NCBI GenBank assembly: GCA_013265495.1
Contig: MU058836.1
Span: 930,001-953,610, forward strand
Source of the DNA: Vicugna vicugna
Taxonomy: Eukaryota
Direction of reading: 5' to 3'
Length of the DNA stretch: 23,610 nucleotides
Shown here: positions 9,401 through 19,685 of the stretch, piece by piece
Numbering within the stretch: the first letter of the stretch is position 1
Layout of the letters: each line of letters opens with the position of its first letter
Notes under the pieces: generated by a model
Databases searched by the model: none
What the model was told of the DNA's origin: nothing
What the model saw: the letters and a program-made list of their open reading frames with translations, nothing else
Program-made: the position numbers and the translations under genes

Positions 9401-9622
9401 CAGGGCTGGCCAACTTGTTCCGTGAGGGCTGGATAGTAACTTCCTCAGGCTTTGAGGGGCCGCATACCCTCGGCTGCACCCACTCCACTCTGCCATCATC
9501 CCGTGAAAGCAGCTACCTGCAGCGTCAGCAAATGGGCCTGGCTGTGCTCCAGTAACACTTTCTTTATAAAAACAGGTGGTGGGCAAGATTTGGCCCATAG
9601 GCCCCTAGTCTGCAGACCCCGG
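9401..9622. mobile_element. MER58A hAT-Charlie MITE, full length
   Basis: Degenerate TIRs CAGGGCTGGCCAACT / AGTCTGCAGACCCCGG; internal GATAGTAA..AGGCTTTG, TGGCTGTGCTCCAGTAACACTTT, AAAAACAGGTGGTGGGC..GATTTGGCCC; ~222 bp. Confidence 0.85.
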
Positions 9623-10140
9623 GTTCAGCACATTGACTGGTCTGAATCAGCTGGGCTGCGTCTGAATCCTCCCTCTGGTCCTCTTTATCCTGGAATCTTG
9701 CAGTCTTGCCAGTTCCTCCCTTTCCCAGTGCCGGAGTTTCCCTGTCTCGCCGGCGTGTTGGAGAAAGTGATGGTGCTGGCCTCGTGGACTCTTGTGAGTG
9801 GACTGTTCGTATCTGGTTTGTGTGTTGCTCAAACTCCAGCCCCTCATGAGGTGGCTGCACAGAGCAGGGACTCAACACATATGTATTTGGTAAACAAATG
9901 AAGAGCTGAGCATGCAGCCAGGCCTTGTGCGGGGCTCCGCGGAGGTGCTGAGGGGCCAGAATCAGTGGGACTGTCTGCTGTCTGGGTGCTCAGAGTTTCA
10001 GGGCTCTGGCAAAGGGATTTCTTACACCAGAGGGTAGCAAACACCCCATCCCACGGGTGGGCGATATCAATGTGGGAGGGAGGGAGTGGTGGGGACAGTG
10101 GAAAACTGAAGTGTGCTTGTCCCTTTAAATTGCAGCCATG

Positions 10141-10236
10141 GGGTTAGGGGTAGAGCTCAGTGGTAGAGCGCATGCTTAGCATACACGAGGTCTTGGGTTC
10201 AATCCCCAGTACCTCCATTAACAACAGCAAGAAAAA
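10141..10236 (+). mobile_element. tRNA-Ala-derived SINE with TSD
   Basis: AGCTCAGTGGTAGAGCGCATGCTTAGCATACACGAGGTCTTGGGTTCAATCCCCAGTACCTCCA plus A-rich tail. TSD TAAATTGCAGCCATG (10126-10140) / TAAACTGTAGCCATG (10237-10251). Confidence 0.92.
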
Positions 10237-10424
10237 TAAACTGTAGCCATGAGTCTTGCGGGTCTTCTGATTTGTGGAGGAAAGTGGAAATTTGTACTTT
10301 TAGGCACTGCCTCTCAATTTTTACAGGTAATAACTTACCCGATAGAGCAAAAATGAACCAAAACAACACCGAATGGCCCCAGTGGACACAACAGCAGGTT
10401 GGGTTCTGCCATCTCCTTCCCACA

Positions 10425-10530
10425 AGCTCATTTTGCAGATTAAGAAACTGAGGCTGAAGGAGGTCAGGTGGCTTGCCCCCAGGCACACAGCTGGCATGTG
10501 GGGTTTGAACTCACGTTCACTGACTCCCAC
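10425..10530 (-). mobile_element. MIR
   Basis: CATTTTGCAGATTAAGAAACTGAGGCTGA..GAGGTCAGGTGGCTTGCCC...CACACAGCT...TTTGAACTCA. Confidence 0.85.
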
Positions 10531-10964
10531 ACATGCAGGTTCTGTGGCAGGTGCCTCAACTGTAATTGAAATGAGGAGGCAAGAGGATGGGGGTTGGAAG
10601 GTACGTTTTGGTGACTCTGAGCTCAAAAGCCCTCAGACCCTCACCTTTACCCCATCCTAGCCTTGAGGGCTGGCTGTAGGACCTGCAGTGGGCTGACCTC
10701 TGCAGCAGGCTGATCTCAAAAAGCCCATCAAAGTCATGCCCATCCCAACAGGACTTCCTCCTTGACCCTCCAGGCGCCCCTTCCTGTTTGCAGCACAGAC
10801 GTCTGCTCGTTTATGTGTTTTTCACAGTGTCCGTTCCCCCGACCCCCTACAGAGGAGCGTGGGTCTCAAGGTCCCTTCTGCCTATCACCCTAGATGACCC
10901 ATGAGAGGGAGGGAGAAGGGAGGCCTGAAGATCTGACTTCCTCCCTCCGTGGTGTCTGGTGGCG

Positions 10965-11155
10965 GGGACATTTTTGGAGCCCGACGGACCTGGATTGGAA
11001 TCCTGGCTCTGCAGCTGGTCACCAGCTGGGAGACCTTGGAGCCGTTCCTTTCCCTCTCTGAGCCTCAGCTGCCTCATCTCTGAAGCAGGTGCAAGAGTCC
11101 GTTCCTTGCAGAATTGTGCTGAGGTAATGCATGCACCCTGGTGGCACCTGGGCTG
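10965..11155 (+). mobile_element. MIR
   Basis: TTTGGAGCC..ACGGACCTGGATTGGAATCCTGGCTCTGC...CCTCTCTGAGCCTCAG..GCCTCATCT. Confidence 0.8.
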
Positions 11156-11629
11156 GAATGCCAAGGTCACACACAAACGACCGGTCCCTTGTTTTTCTCT
11201 CTTCCTCCTCTGCCGCCTGTCCTCTCCCGCTCCCGACTCAGGCTGACCCCTGCTGCAGCTCTCTTGCCTAAATACTGAGAGAAGTTTGTGGAACCTGGGT
11301 GGATCTCGGCCCCTGCATCCCCTCTCCCCAGTGCCAGGGCTGCACGGGAAGGGCTCGGGCATAAATTACGCCCATCTGTTCCCTCCCTGCTGAGAGAGGG
11401 GAGGAGGGGGAACACAGGGGCCTTGGTGGATGTTGCACTTTCCATGCGCAGCTGTCGGGAACAATGGAAGGGAAGAATGTGAGCCAGTGAGGAGTCCGCC
11501 CCACCCTGCCTCTCAGCCCCTAAGGTGGGGGTGGATCTCAGGAAGCAGTTCTCTGAGGTCTGTGGTCCTGGAGAACAGAGACCCCTCCTCCTGCCAGCCC
11601 AGACTGTGCTCATGGTCACCCATGTGCGC

Positions 11630-11830
11630 CTTCATCATTATTCATTCACAACAGCAATCATTCGTTCATTCATTCTACAGATGTTTCCTAAGCACGTGCT
11701 CTGGGCAGCCAATGCTGTGGGCTAAGAATTGAGATGAGTGGCTTGTCTTTGGAGAGCTCCCCAGTCAGTGGGAGCGACCACATGGAGACTGGCCAGCTTT
11801 GAGCACAGTGGTGGAGGTGTGTGTACAGAT
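11630..11830 (-). mobile_element. L2 3' end
   Basis: (TTCA)n then ACAGATGTTTCCTAAGCACGTGCTCTGGGC...GAGCTCCCCAGTCAGTGGGAG. Confidence 0.6.
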
Positions 11831-12079
11831 TCAGGGGAGGGGAGGCTTCCTGGGGTCACCCTTTGATGTGGACACGGGGAAAGTACCCTGCAGCCTGACA
11901 GCAGGGAGCCCTTGGCAGAGCGGGTGCAGCAGGATGGGCAGCGGGCGGTGTAACGAGGGGCGTGGTGCCAGCCCTTCTCCCTCCCGTCTTTCAGTTCTTC
12001 CTCTGCAGGATCCTCCCCATCTGGGTTTAACCAGGTTCGGGTGTCTCACCTTGGAGCAAACTCTTCATCTACCTCATGT

Positions 12080-13300
12080 CTCTCTCTAGCTCCTGCCCCA
12101 TCCATTTCCTTCCCAAACGATTTCCCCATGTAAATTTTCTATGCTATGCCTACTGCCTCCATTTCCTTTTCTCCCACTCACTCTCCAATCTACCTCTCCC
12201 CTCCATGCTTCTCTCCAACACGTCTGAGAAGGTCATCTTGACCTCTACGTTTCTGAGTCAGTAGGTATTTCCCTATCATTTTATTGGATTTTCCAGCAGC
12301 ATCTGACACAGTGGGCCATTCTGTCCTTTAAGACTCATGTACTTCTCATGCTTTGAGACACCGCAGACTCTTGGTTTTCCTCCTATAGACTCCGCTGCTC
12401 TTTCTCAGCTTCCTTTGTTGGGTTTGGCTCTTGCCTACGAGATCTTTAAACACTGGAATTCCTCGAGGCTGGGATGTGAGTCCTTCTGTCAACCGTCTTT
12501 TAATTTTATCTCGAGGTGCCTAATCCACTCTGATAATTCAATTCCCATTTCGATGCTGAAAGCTCCCAAATCTATATCTTCTAGGAAGATCTCTAGCTTC
12601 AGACCATAGAACCAAGAACCTAGCTCCTGGCGTCTCCACTTGAATGTTACCCTAACTTCCCAAACTCAACAACTGAATTTGTACCCTCCGCCTCCTTTCC
12701 TGGTCCCCTCCAAAGAGTGGCTCCATCACACATGGGCAGTGCAGGTCAGAGGCTGGGTGCTACTCTCCTCTCCATCATCCCCCACATCCTAGCACGGCAA
12801 GTCCTGCATCCCGGGAAGCCCCTTAGTCCTGGGTACCCTGGGATGGTGGGTCACTCTTCTAAAGCCCAAAGGCTAAATAAACACAGATTCTCTTCCATGA
12901 CCTAACACGCTCTGTCTAATTTGACCCTGATCAGCCTTCTCTTGCCCCTGACTCTCCTAGCTCTTGGGATTCCCAAAGGTACTCCTTCACCCCTCAGAAC
13001 ACTGCCCCTTCCATTGTTCCCGGGGTCTAGACCAGTCCTCTCCTTTTGCTTAATTCCCTTTTACCCCTCAGATATGAGATTAAACATCCCGTGCTTTGCT
13101 GACAGAAGCCATTTTTGACGTCCCCCAGAAGAGATGCGGCTACCCACCGCTGACGTTCTCCCATTACTGTTCTCTTGATTCCTTCCCGGTAACAATCACG
13201 CGATTAGCCAGCGCTGGTCTCCTCACCGAGAATGCAAGGAGCCATCAGCGAGACCCCTGGAGGCCCTGGCCCCTCGCACCACGCGAGCACATCGCCTGGG
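12080..13300 (+). mobile_element. Long L2 LINE remnant (decayed ORF2 RT domain through the 3' region)
   Basis: Fossil RT motifs in order: LDFPAASDTVGH (cf. LDLSAAFDTVDH, from 12284), GIPRG (cf. GVPQG, ~12456) and DAESSQIY (cf. YADDTQIY, ~12552). Pyrimidine-rich L2-like 3' sequence follows. Confidence 0.75.
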
Positions 13301-14035
13301 GGCGGCTGGACCCCGGGCAGGGAGCTACCTGTGACGCTTTGGCTGAGGGGCGACGTGGCAGATGTGCGCTGGAGAGGGAGCATCTGGGCAGCTCCCTGGA
13401 GGGCGGGCTGGAGGACGTCCGCCCACTTAGGGAGACCGGTCGGGAGGCCCTCGGGCCTTGCAGGTGGCGTGAACTTGGCCATCAGCCACTGAGTCAGAGT
13501 GTGGGGGCTCGAGCCTCACAAGTTCGGCTCCTCATGGCTTGGAGACCAACTGCATGGGGGCAGCGACAAAGCAGACGGGTTGAAGGTGCCTCCCAGGCTT
13601 TGAGCTTGGAGATTTGGGTCTCCGGGTGGAGGTCGGACAGTGAGCCACAATAAATTTTGTGTGACCACAGTAAACACTGGGAATCAGGCAGTGTGGCTGT
13701 TGTGATTCCCTGGATGACTGGCATCCATATTTTTGTTACAATTACGTTTCCTTGCACCCTCCTTGGATCCGTTTTCTCCCCTCTGTCCCCACGTCCTCAC
13801 TTCTCAGCTCCAGGCAGGAAAGAGTGGGACTCACGGTGAGTCAAGGGGAGAGGAACGTTGGAAGACTCACACGGAGCGCTGTAGTCCCGGCAGGTGGACC
13901 GGAGTCCGGGCTGGAGGTTAGGATGTCCGGGTTCTGCTCTCAGGCTGGTGCCTCCCCAGCTCCGGGACCCTGGGCAAGTCCCTGTCCCTCTCTGGGCTCC
14001 CCCACGCCCACCTACACAGGGGGTTCGAATTAATT

Positions 14036-14207
14036 TGGTGGCTCTCAACCCGGGCCGTATATGAGAATTCTCTGTACAAAACACAAATGACTTCCCCCCA
14101 AGAGATTCAGATTTAATTGTACTAGGGTGGAATCCACACACTGACTTTTGTTTTTTTTTGAAGTTTGCCAGGTAATTCTTAAATGCAGCCAGATTGAGAA
14201 CTACTTG
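14036..14207. mobile_element. MER5B-like hAT-Charlie MITE
   Basis: GTGGCTCTCAACCC...AGAGATTCAGATTTAATTG...CCAGGTAATTCT..ATGCAGCCAG.TTGAGAACTACT. Confidence 0.75.
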
Positions 14208-14872
14208 ATCAGATGATCTTGGAGCCTTTTCAACTCAGTCAGTCTAACCCAAGAATGGCTCTCTTTCAACCCCCAGGGCCCCCCGGGTTGACCTGCCCAC
14301 ATCACCTGCACCTCCTGTTCCTGGCCTTGAACTTGGGCTGCGGGTAACAGCAGAGGCAGTTTTCAGCTGAGGCTGGGAAGCAAAAAGGCCAAGTCTGGAG
14401 AGAGGGGGATGGAGCGGGAGCGCTGCGAGGAGGAACAGATTGAAGCTATTAACATTTGATCAGTTCGGTATTGTTCTTCTGGAGACCACAGCTTATGAAG
14501 CTGCTTAATAAATGCCTGGTCGGGGTCCAATCCGGAGCCGCCAAATGGGCGTTGCTATGGTTTCCGAGAAGGTTGTTTCCCACACAAGTCACTGCTTCCC
14601 ACCCTGAACTGTGAAGACCAGCGTCCTCCCTGCGCTCCTTAACTCTGTCCCTTTCCAGAGGAGCCTGTGCTGGGAGAACGTCCCACAGGGGCCCCAGGGG
14701 GACCGGCTTTGGGGGCATCACCTGCACCAGCCCCGTGGTCACTCTGTCCTCTGCCCGCTGGTCCCATGGCTCAGCTGGTGTTGTTTCTGAACCCCAGGTT
14801 TCAGAGTCCCTGTGTGTGACTGCGTTGCCCTTGACCCAGGGAGTGGAGCAGTGGTGAGGCTGGGGCTGGCAG

Positions 14873-14875
<3 letters not shown>

Positions 14876-14911
<36 letters not shown>
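14876..14911. repeat. (GT)~18 microsatellite
   Basis: Perfect dinucleotide run. Confidence 0.98.
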
Positions 14912-14913
<2 letters not shown>

Positions 14914-14964
14914 GGATGTGTGTGTGAATGGCCAGGACTGGGAATAGCACCAGGCAATGCTGCT

Positions 14965-15200
14965 ACATCTTCAAAAAATGTATTAAGACACATTTAAGAC
15001 AAAGGAACACTTCTAAAGTCCAACATAAAAATACTCACATAGCTACCACCCCGCTTAAGAGGTAAAACTTGGCCAAATACATCTGAAGCTTTCTGTGCAC
15101 TCTTTCCTGATCATCCCCTCCACCCCTCAGAGTTAACCCTGTGGTGAATGTGGGGTTGATCCTTCCCATAATGATCCTCACCCTCATTTGTTTCAATAGA
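14965..15200 (-). mobile_element. Old L1M (L1ME-like) 3' UTR fragment
   Basis: AAATACTCACATAGCTACCACCCCGCTTAAGA...CCCCTCAGAGTTAACCCTGT..TGAAT resembles antisense L1ME 3' ends. Confidence 0.5.
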
Positions 15201-16289
15201 TAGGCTTCTTGGACTCTTGGCCCTTTCTGTAAAGCATAATGAAGTGAGTGTGTGCGTGTGCGCACAAGCACGTGTGTTGGGTCAGGTGTTGTAGGAAAGG
15301 ACGGGAGCTGGTGGGTAAGACTGGAGAAACCTTGTAAATCAGAAATGCGTTTCAAGTGCCTGGGGACAGATAGGTCTGTAACTGAAGGCAAGGTTCCTAA
15401 AGTCTCCGAGCCCTTGTCCCATCTACAAAACGAGATGAGGATGAAATGGTTCAGTAGATGCCAAAAGAAATGGCCCCTGGTTGGAACTCAATCATCTTTA
15501 ATTCCAAAAAAAAAATAAGTATTAAAGAGGAGGCAAGGATGCTAGCCAACTTTACAGAAGGGAAAAACCACACAAATGATCAGATATACAGTATTTCTGG
15601 GTCGGGGTGGCGGTATGCTGGCTTGGGCTGGGTCCTCCCTCTCTCCCTCGCTCCCTCCTGTTACCCTTTGAGTTCCTGGGGTGCTGTTGTCTTTCAGAGG
15701 AGTGCTCTGTCTGTGCAGTAGGGAAATGCAAATAGGGGCAGGTTTTGCCCCAACAAAGGACTTTAGTTGAAGGTCCCCTGCTGGCTCACTGCTAAATAAA
15801 ACTGCATGTAAAGAAGACCATTCGAGATGTGGTTGATTCTGAATATATAACCAAGGTAAGTGAGCATTCCAGACAAACCCTGGCTGTCAGGCAAGACCTG
15901 AGCTAAAAGAAAACTGCTTGAAAACTGAGACCAAGATTCAGGCTGCAGACCCCGTGGAGGAGCAGGAGGCCCTGACTCAGTTACCAGCCACAGCCGGGGT
16001 GGACAAAGGTGAAAGAGATCCTTCCAGGAAGAGAGAAAGACACAAATAAACAGGTAAAGACAAAACATTTGCTGGTGTCACTGGAAATATACAGCACTGA
16101 TGGAGATGGCCAGCACTCCATCCATTCCGTCCTGCGTGTCCCTGCTAAACAATCACCACATGCCTCAGATTGCACCGGACACCACGGCAAACTGAGAACC
16201 AGAAGGCGCAAGATGCCAACTGGGTGGTGTAAACACGGGATAAAAGTGAATAAACGGCTGATGGGGGAGGAGGGGCAGAAAGACACTGC

Positions 16290-16497
16290 TCTTTATTGAG
16301 CACTTATTTTGTCCCAGGCATTGGGGGTGGGGGCACTGGGCCTAAATTAATCCTTACAACAACTGCTGGGTAAATACTCTCCCCGGTTAACCAGCCAGCA
16401 AACTGAGTCTTAAGAGTGGTTAAGATATTTGCTTTGTAAATATCAGAGCAGAGAGTCAAACCCAGGCCTTCCAGATTTTCCAGCCTAGCACTGCTTT
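16290..16497 (-). mobile_element. MIR, near full length
   Basis: TTTATTGAGCACTTA..TGTCCCAGGCATTG...TTAATCCTTACAACAAC...AAACTGAGTCTTAAGAGTGGTTAAG...TCAAACCCAGG. Confidence 0.8.
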
Positions 16498-16967
16498 TTG
16501 AAAAGAATTCTGTGGCCAAGAAACTAGAATATGACTAGTCTAAGGTAGTTTCCAGTGAATAAGAAAGGAAGAATCCGATACTGACGTGAGTATCGAGAAA
16601 AATCCAATTGTGAGATAGAATATTTTGGTTAGCGCTAGTCTAGGAAAGCTTTGGAAAGCAAGCTGTATATCTGACTTCGAAGGAGTGGTCTTTTTATTTC
16701 AGGAACCTCAGCTTTTTTGTTTTCTGAGGCTATGATGTAACTTGAGAGAAGATTCTTGAAACAAAAGAAAGAGGGGGAATAATATTATCTGTCATGGCAG
16801 TGGAGCTGAAGTCCAAGTTTTATAATCCCTCTGAACAGCTCTGAGCTTTTTATGATTTGCTAGAATCCCAGGAAGACTTACGTAGCCCAAGTGGGAAAAG
16901 AAAATGACTTGTTTGCTAAGGCTGCAAAGAGATTTTTCAATTACTTCTTCATTTTCTTTTTAAATTT

Positions 16968-16989
16968 AAAAAAAAAAAATTTTTTTTTT
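16968..16989. repeat. A12-T10 self-complementary homopolymer pair
   Basis: Seen directly in the sequence. Confidence 0.9.
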
Positions 16990-17549
16990 GAGCCCCAAAT
17001 CATCTCCACAGTTTCCTTAGATGGGATTAAACTTGAGCTTCAAGTTTTCAAAGTTCAACTGGTTTGGAGTTTCCTGTGTCCTAAAAATGTCTTCAATTAA
17101 AAGCAAGGGAAAAAAATGTATTTTTTTTCATCTTCATCAAACTAAAAAATGGCTGAAGGGATTTTATTCAAACTTTCCCCCAAAATTCACCTTTTGCCAA
17201 GACCCAGCATGGAAAATTTCAGCCCAAAAGGATCACTCTTTGGCAAGTTACCCGAGCTAATGAAAACAGAGGGGCATAAAGAGAGTCTGTGTGTAGCTCC
17301 AACTGTAGTGGTCATTGGAGCCCACATTGTATGAGAAGAAGGGCCTCATTCAATAACCCCCCTTTTAAGTCTTTCTTATCATCAATATGGATGAGACTTG
17401 GATTTGAAGTGGTCACCAAACAAAAAGCACTTGCTTTATGAATACAGTCTGGGCAGTGACATTATTTCAAGTGGCTTTGCTCAATTATGAGGGACTTTGG
17501 AATAAACTTGTCGTAAAGGGAAAGGTAAGAATTGTTCCAAGGAGTGTAG

Positions 17550-18170
17550 ATTCAGCCATTCATTCATTCACTCATTTATTTCTCAAGTGTTACTTGAGTG
17601 CCTCAATGCGTGTGGCTCTTTAATAGACGTGAGGCTTAATCATGGTGGGGAAACAGAAGTGGTTCCTGCATGCATGGATCGCTGGGGGGAGGGGAAGGAA
17701 ACAGACTCAGTTACAAAATGTGACAAATTCTGTGGTGCAACAGAGCAGGGTGCTGAGATAGAGAAAATCAGGAGTGGCAGTGATGGGAGGTTGTCTCTGT
17801 AGGAGACTAGGGGAGGTCTAATACGTATTCATTCATTCAGCGTTTGGCAAACATTTAGTGAGCGGCCACTGTGCCCTGCGCTTCCACTGGGAACACAGAG
17901 CTGAACCAGACCTTGATTCTGCCTTCAGGGTGCTCCCTGACCGGTGGGAGAGCAGGCCGGTGAGCAAGGAACTAGGACAGGTGCTTTCATCAGTCATCGG
18001 CAGCGTCTACTGGGGGGATGCAGACGGGAGCTGAACAGCTGGGCTTACAGTGGCCAAAGAAGGCTCTTCCAGGAGGGGCAACTGAACAGGGATTTGTAAG
18101 ATTTGATGTTGGGAATACAGAGATGAATGAGAACCAGGGCTGCCTTCAAGGAGCCTCCAGTCCTGTTTTG
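17550..18170 (-). mobile_element. Tandem L2 3'-end fragments (~17550-17820 and ~17826-18170)
   Basis: Two (ATTC)n heads, each followed by L2-type (T)TGAG(T/C)G..., AACAGA/ACCAGAC...CTGCCTTCA(A/G)GG(A/T)GC motifs. Confidence 0.7.
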
Positions 18171-18313
18171 TTTCCTGACTTACCTGTCTGAGGGTCGGGA
18201 GCCTGTGGTGTGGGACCCTTCAGTCCACTAGCAAGCATGGAACTTGAGCCAGAGGCTGTGCCGAGTAAATGGTGGGCCCCTTTCTCTGATGTCTCATGGG
18301 TACCTCTTTGGAT

Positions 18314-18490
18314 TTAGCCTAGTGGTTAGGGGCTTGGCTTCTGGAGTCAGCCCACCCGGGTTTGAATTGCAGGGCTAGTCTTCTCGAGCTGTGTTACTGT
18401 GTAAATTCTCTCTGTGCTACTGTTTCCCTGTATGCCCAGGGATCATAACGATGCTTACTTCCTAGGGTTACTATAAGGACTAAATGTGAC
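18314..18490 (+). mobile_element. MIR
   Basis: AGCCTAGTGGTTAGGGGCTTGGCTTCTGGAGTCAG...GGGTTTGAAT...AGCTGTGT...CTTCCTAGGGTT...AGGACTAAATG. Confidence 0.8.
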
Positions 18491-18771
18491 CCCCATCATG
18501 CTTCCACATTCACCAAAGGTAAGACCAATATGTGTCATCCTGATGTATCTCTGAGGCCTGCCCCTCACTTTCCCACACCCCCCTCTTTATTCAGTCCAAC
18601 GATGAAGGGCTGAGGACTTCACAAGGTAGGCATTATGCCAGGGATTCAGCAAGGACCGTGCCAGACCCTGGGGTCTCCATCCTCAAGGGTGGTAAAATCC
18701 CTGTTTTCCCTAAATGAAACTTCTGTGCCTCTTCCGCCCAGAAAAGAGTCATTTGTTAGCTCTGTAACACA

Positions 18772-18772
<1 letters not shown>

Positions 18773-18809
<37 letters not shown>
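18773..18809. repeat. Perfect poly(A) tract, 37 nt
   Basis: Seen directly; no attached SINE/LINE body or TSD recognised. Confidence 0.97.
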
Positions 18810-18811
<2 letters not shown>

Positions 18812-19685
18812 GGGCTGAGGGTCGTTTCATTTTTCATCAGCACGTTTGGCTAGGTGAAAAACTGCCAGAAATTTAGAAATATCTTGCTGCTCTAGACATC
18901 AGAAGGCTGGGAGATTGCTCATTATTAATTAGAAATAAAAACTTCTTTGTGGCCCAGAGCAAGGGCAAAACTGTGATTTCACAGATCAGCGGAAAAGCTC
19001 ACCACCACTGTTTTGCTTGGTATTAATTTTATTTAGGGAGTAGGAGGAACAGAAGGAAGGTGGTTTCCAGAATGATACATCAGTGTGGCCATGTAAAAAC
19101 AGTCTAGGGAGGCAACTGAGGTGGGGGTAAGCGTTGCCCATGTGTGGACTTGGACAATCATTTCATCTCTCAATTTCCTTTTATGTAACGTAAGGGTAAT
19201 AGAACCTCCCACGTGAGGTGCAAAGGAGAGCAGGAAAGTGGAAATGGTGGGTGCCGGGCCTTACACGGTGAAGTACTGTTCACCATGGTGTGTGCTGCTG
19301 AGACCGAGGATGTGGACTCATCTAGGGGCAGGGACACTTCCTCCTTTCCTATTTCCTGGGTCCCTGCACAGGTCAGAGGCGGTGGCAGTGGTGAGGATTT
19401 CTGAGGAAACTGCATGCGCATCAGCTGCGTGCCTGGATAGCACGCTCCTGGGAAGTCTGTGTTCTCTGAAATTGCTGAACTTTGCAAGGATTTCCCCCCT
19501 CATTTTCTCTGGTGAGCTTGTTTTTGTTTGTTTCCAGTCCCATAGCACGTTTGCACGTTCACAAATCTTTGCAGTCTGCGGTTCTAGCGTTTAAAGGGGC
19601 CAGAGGAGGGACTTGATTAGACAGTGTGTGAACCGTGGTGTGTATGACTGACAGGCTTTTTCAGTGGCAGCTTGGTGTGTGCCTT

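Noticed and set aside
10146..10217. tRNA-Ala(AGC) gene (also the similar copies at 3427, 5246 and 8481)
   Set aside because: Flanking TSD, A-rich tail, stem mismatches and multiple diverged copies indicate SINEs, not tRNA genes.
13096..13653. 185-aa + strand ORF
   Set aside because: Non-ATG start, overlaps an L2 remnant and a GC-rich patch, no recognisable protein.
4941..18186. Isolated minus-strand donor consensus sites (4941-4949, ~10333-10341, 18178-18186)
   Set aside because: No convincing paired acceptor with an open frame; isolated matches are expected by chance.
18773..18809. Poly(A) as the tail of a processed pseudogene
   Set aside because: No AATAAA just upstream, no TSD and no recognisable retrocopy body.
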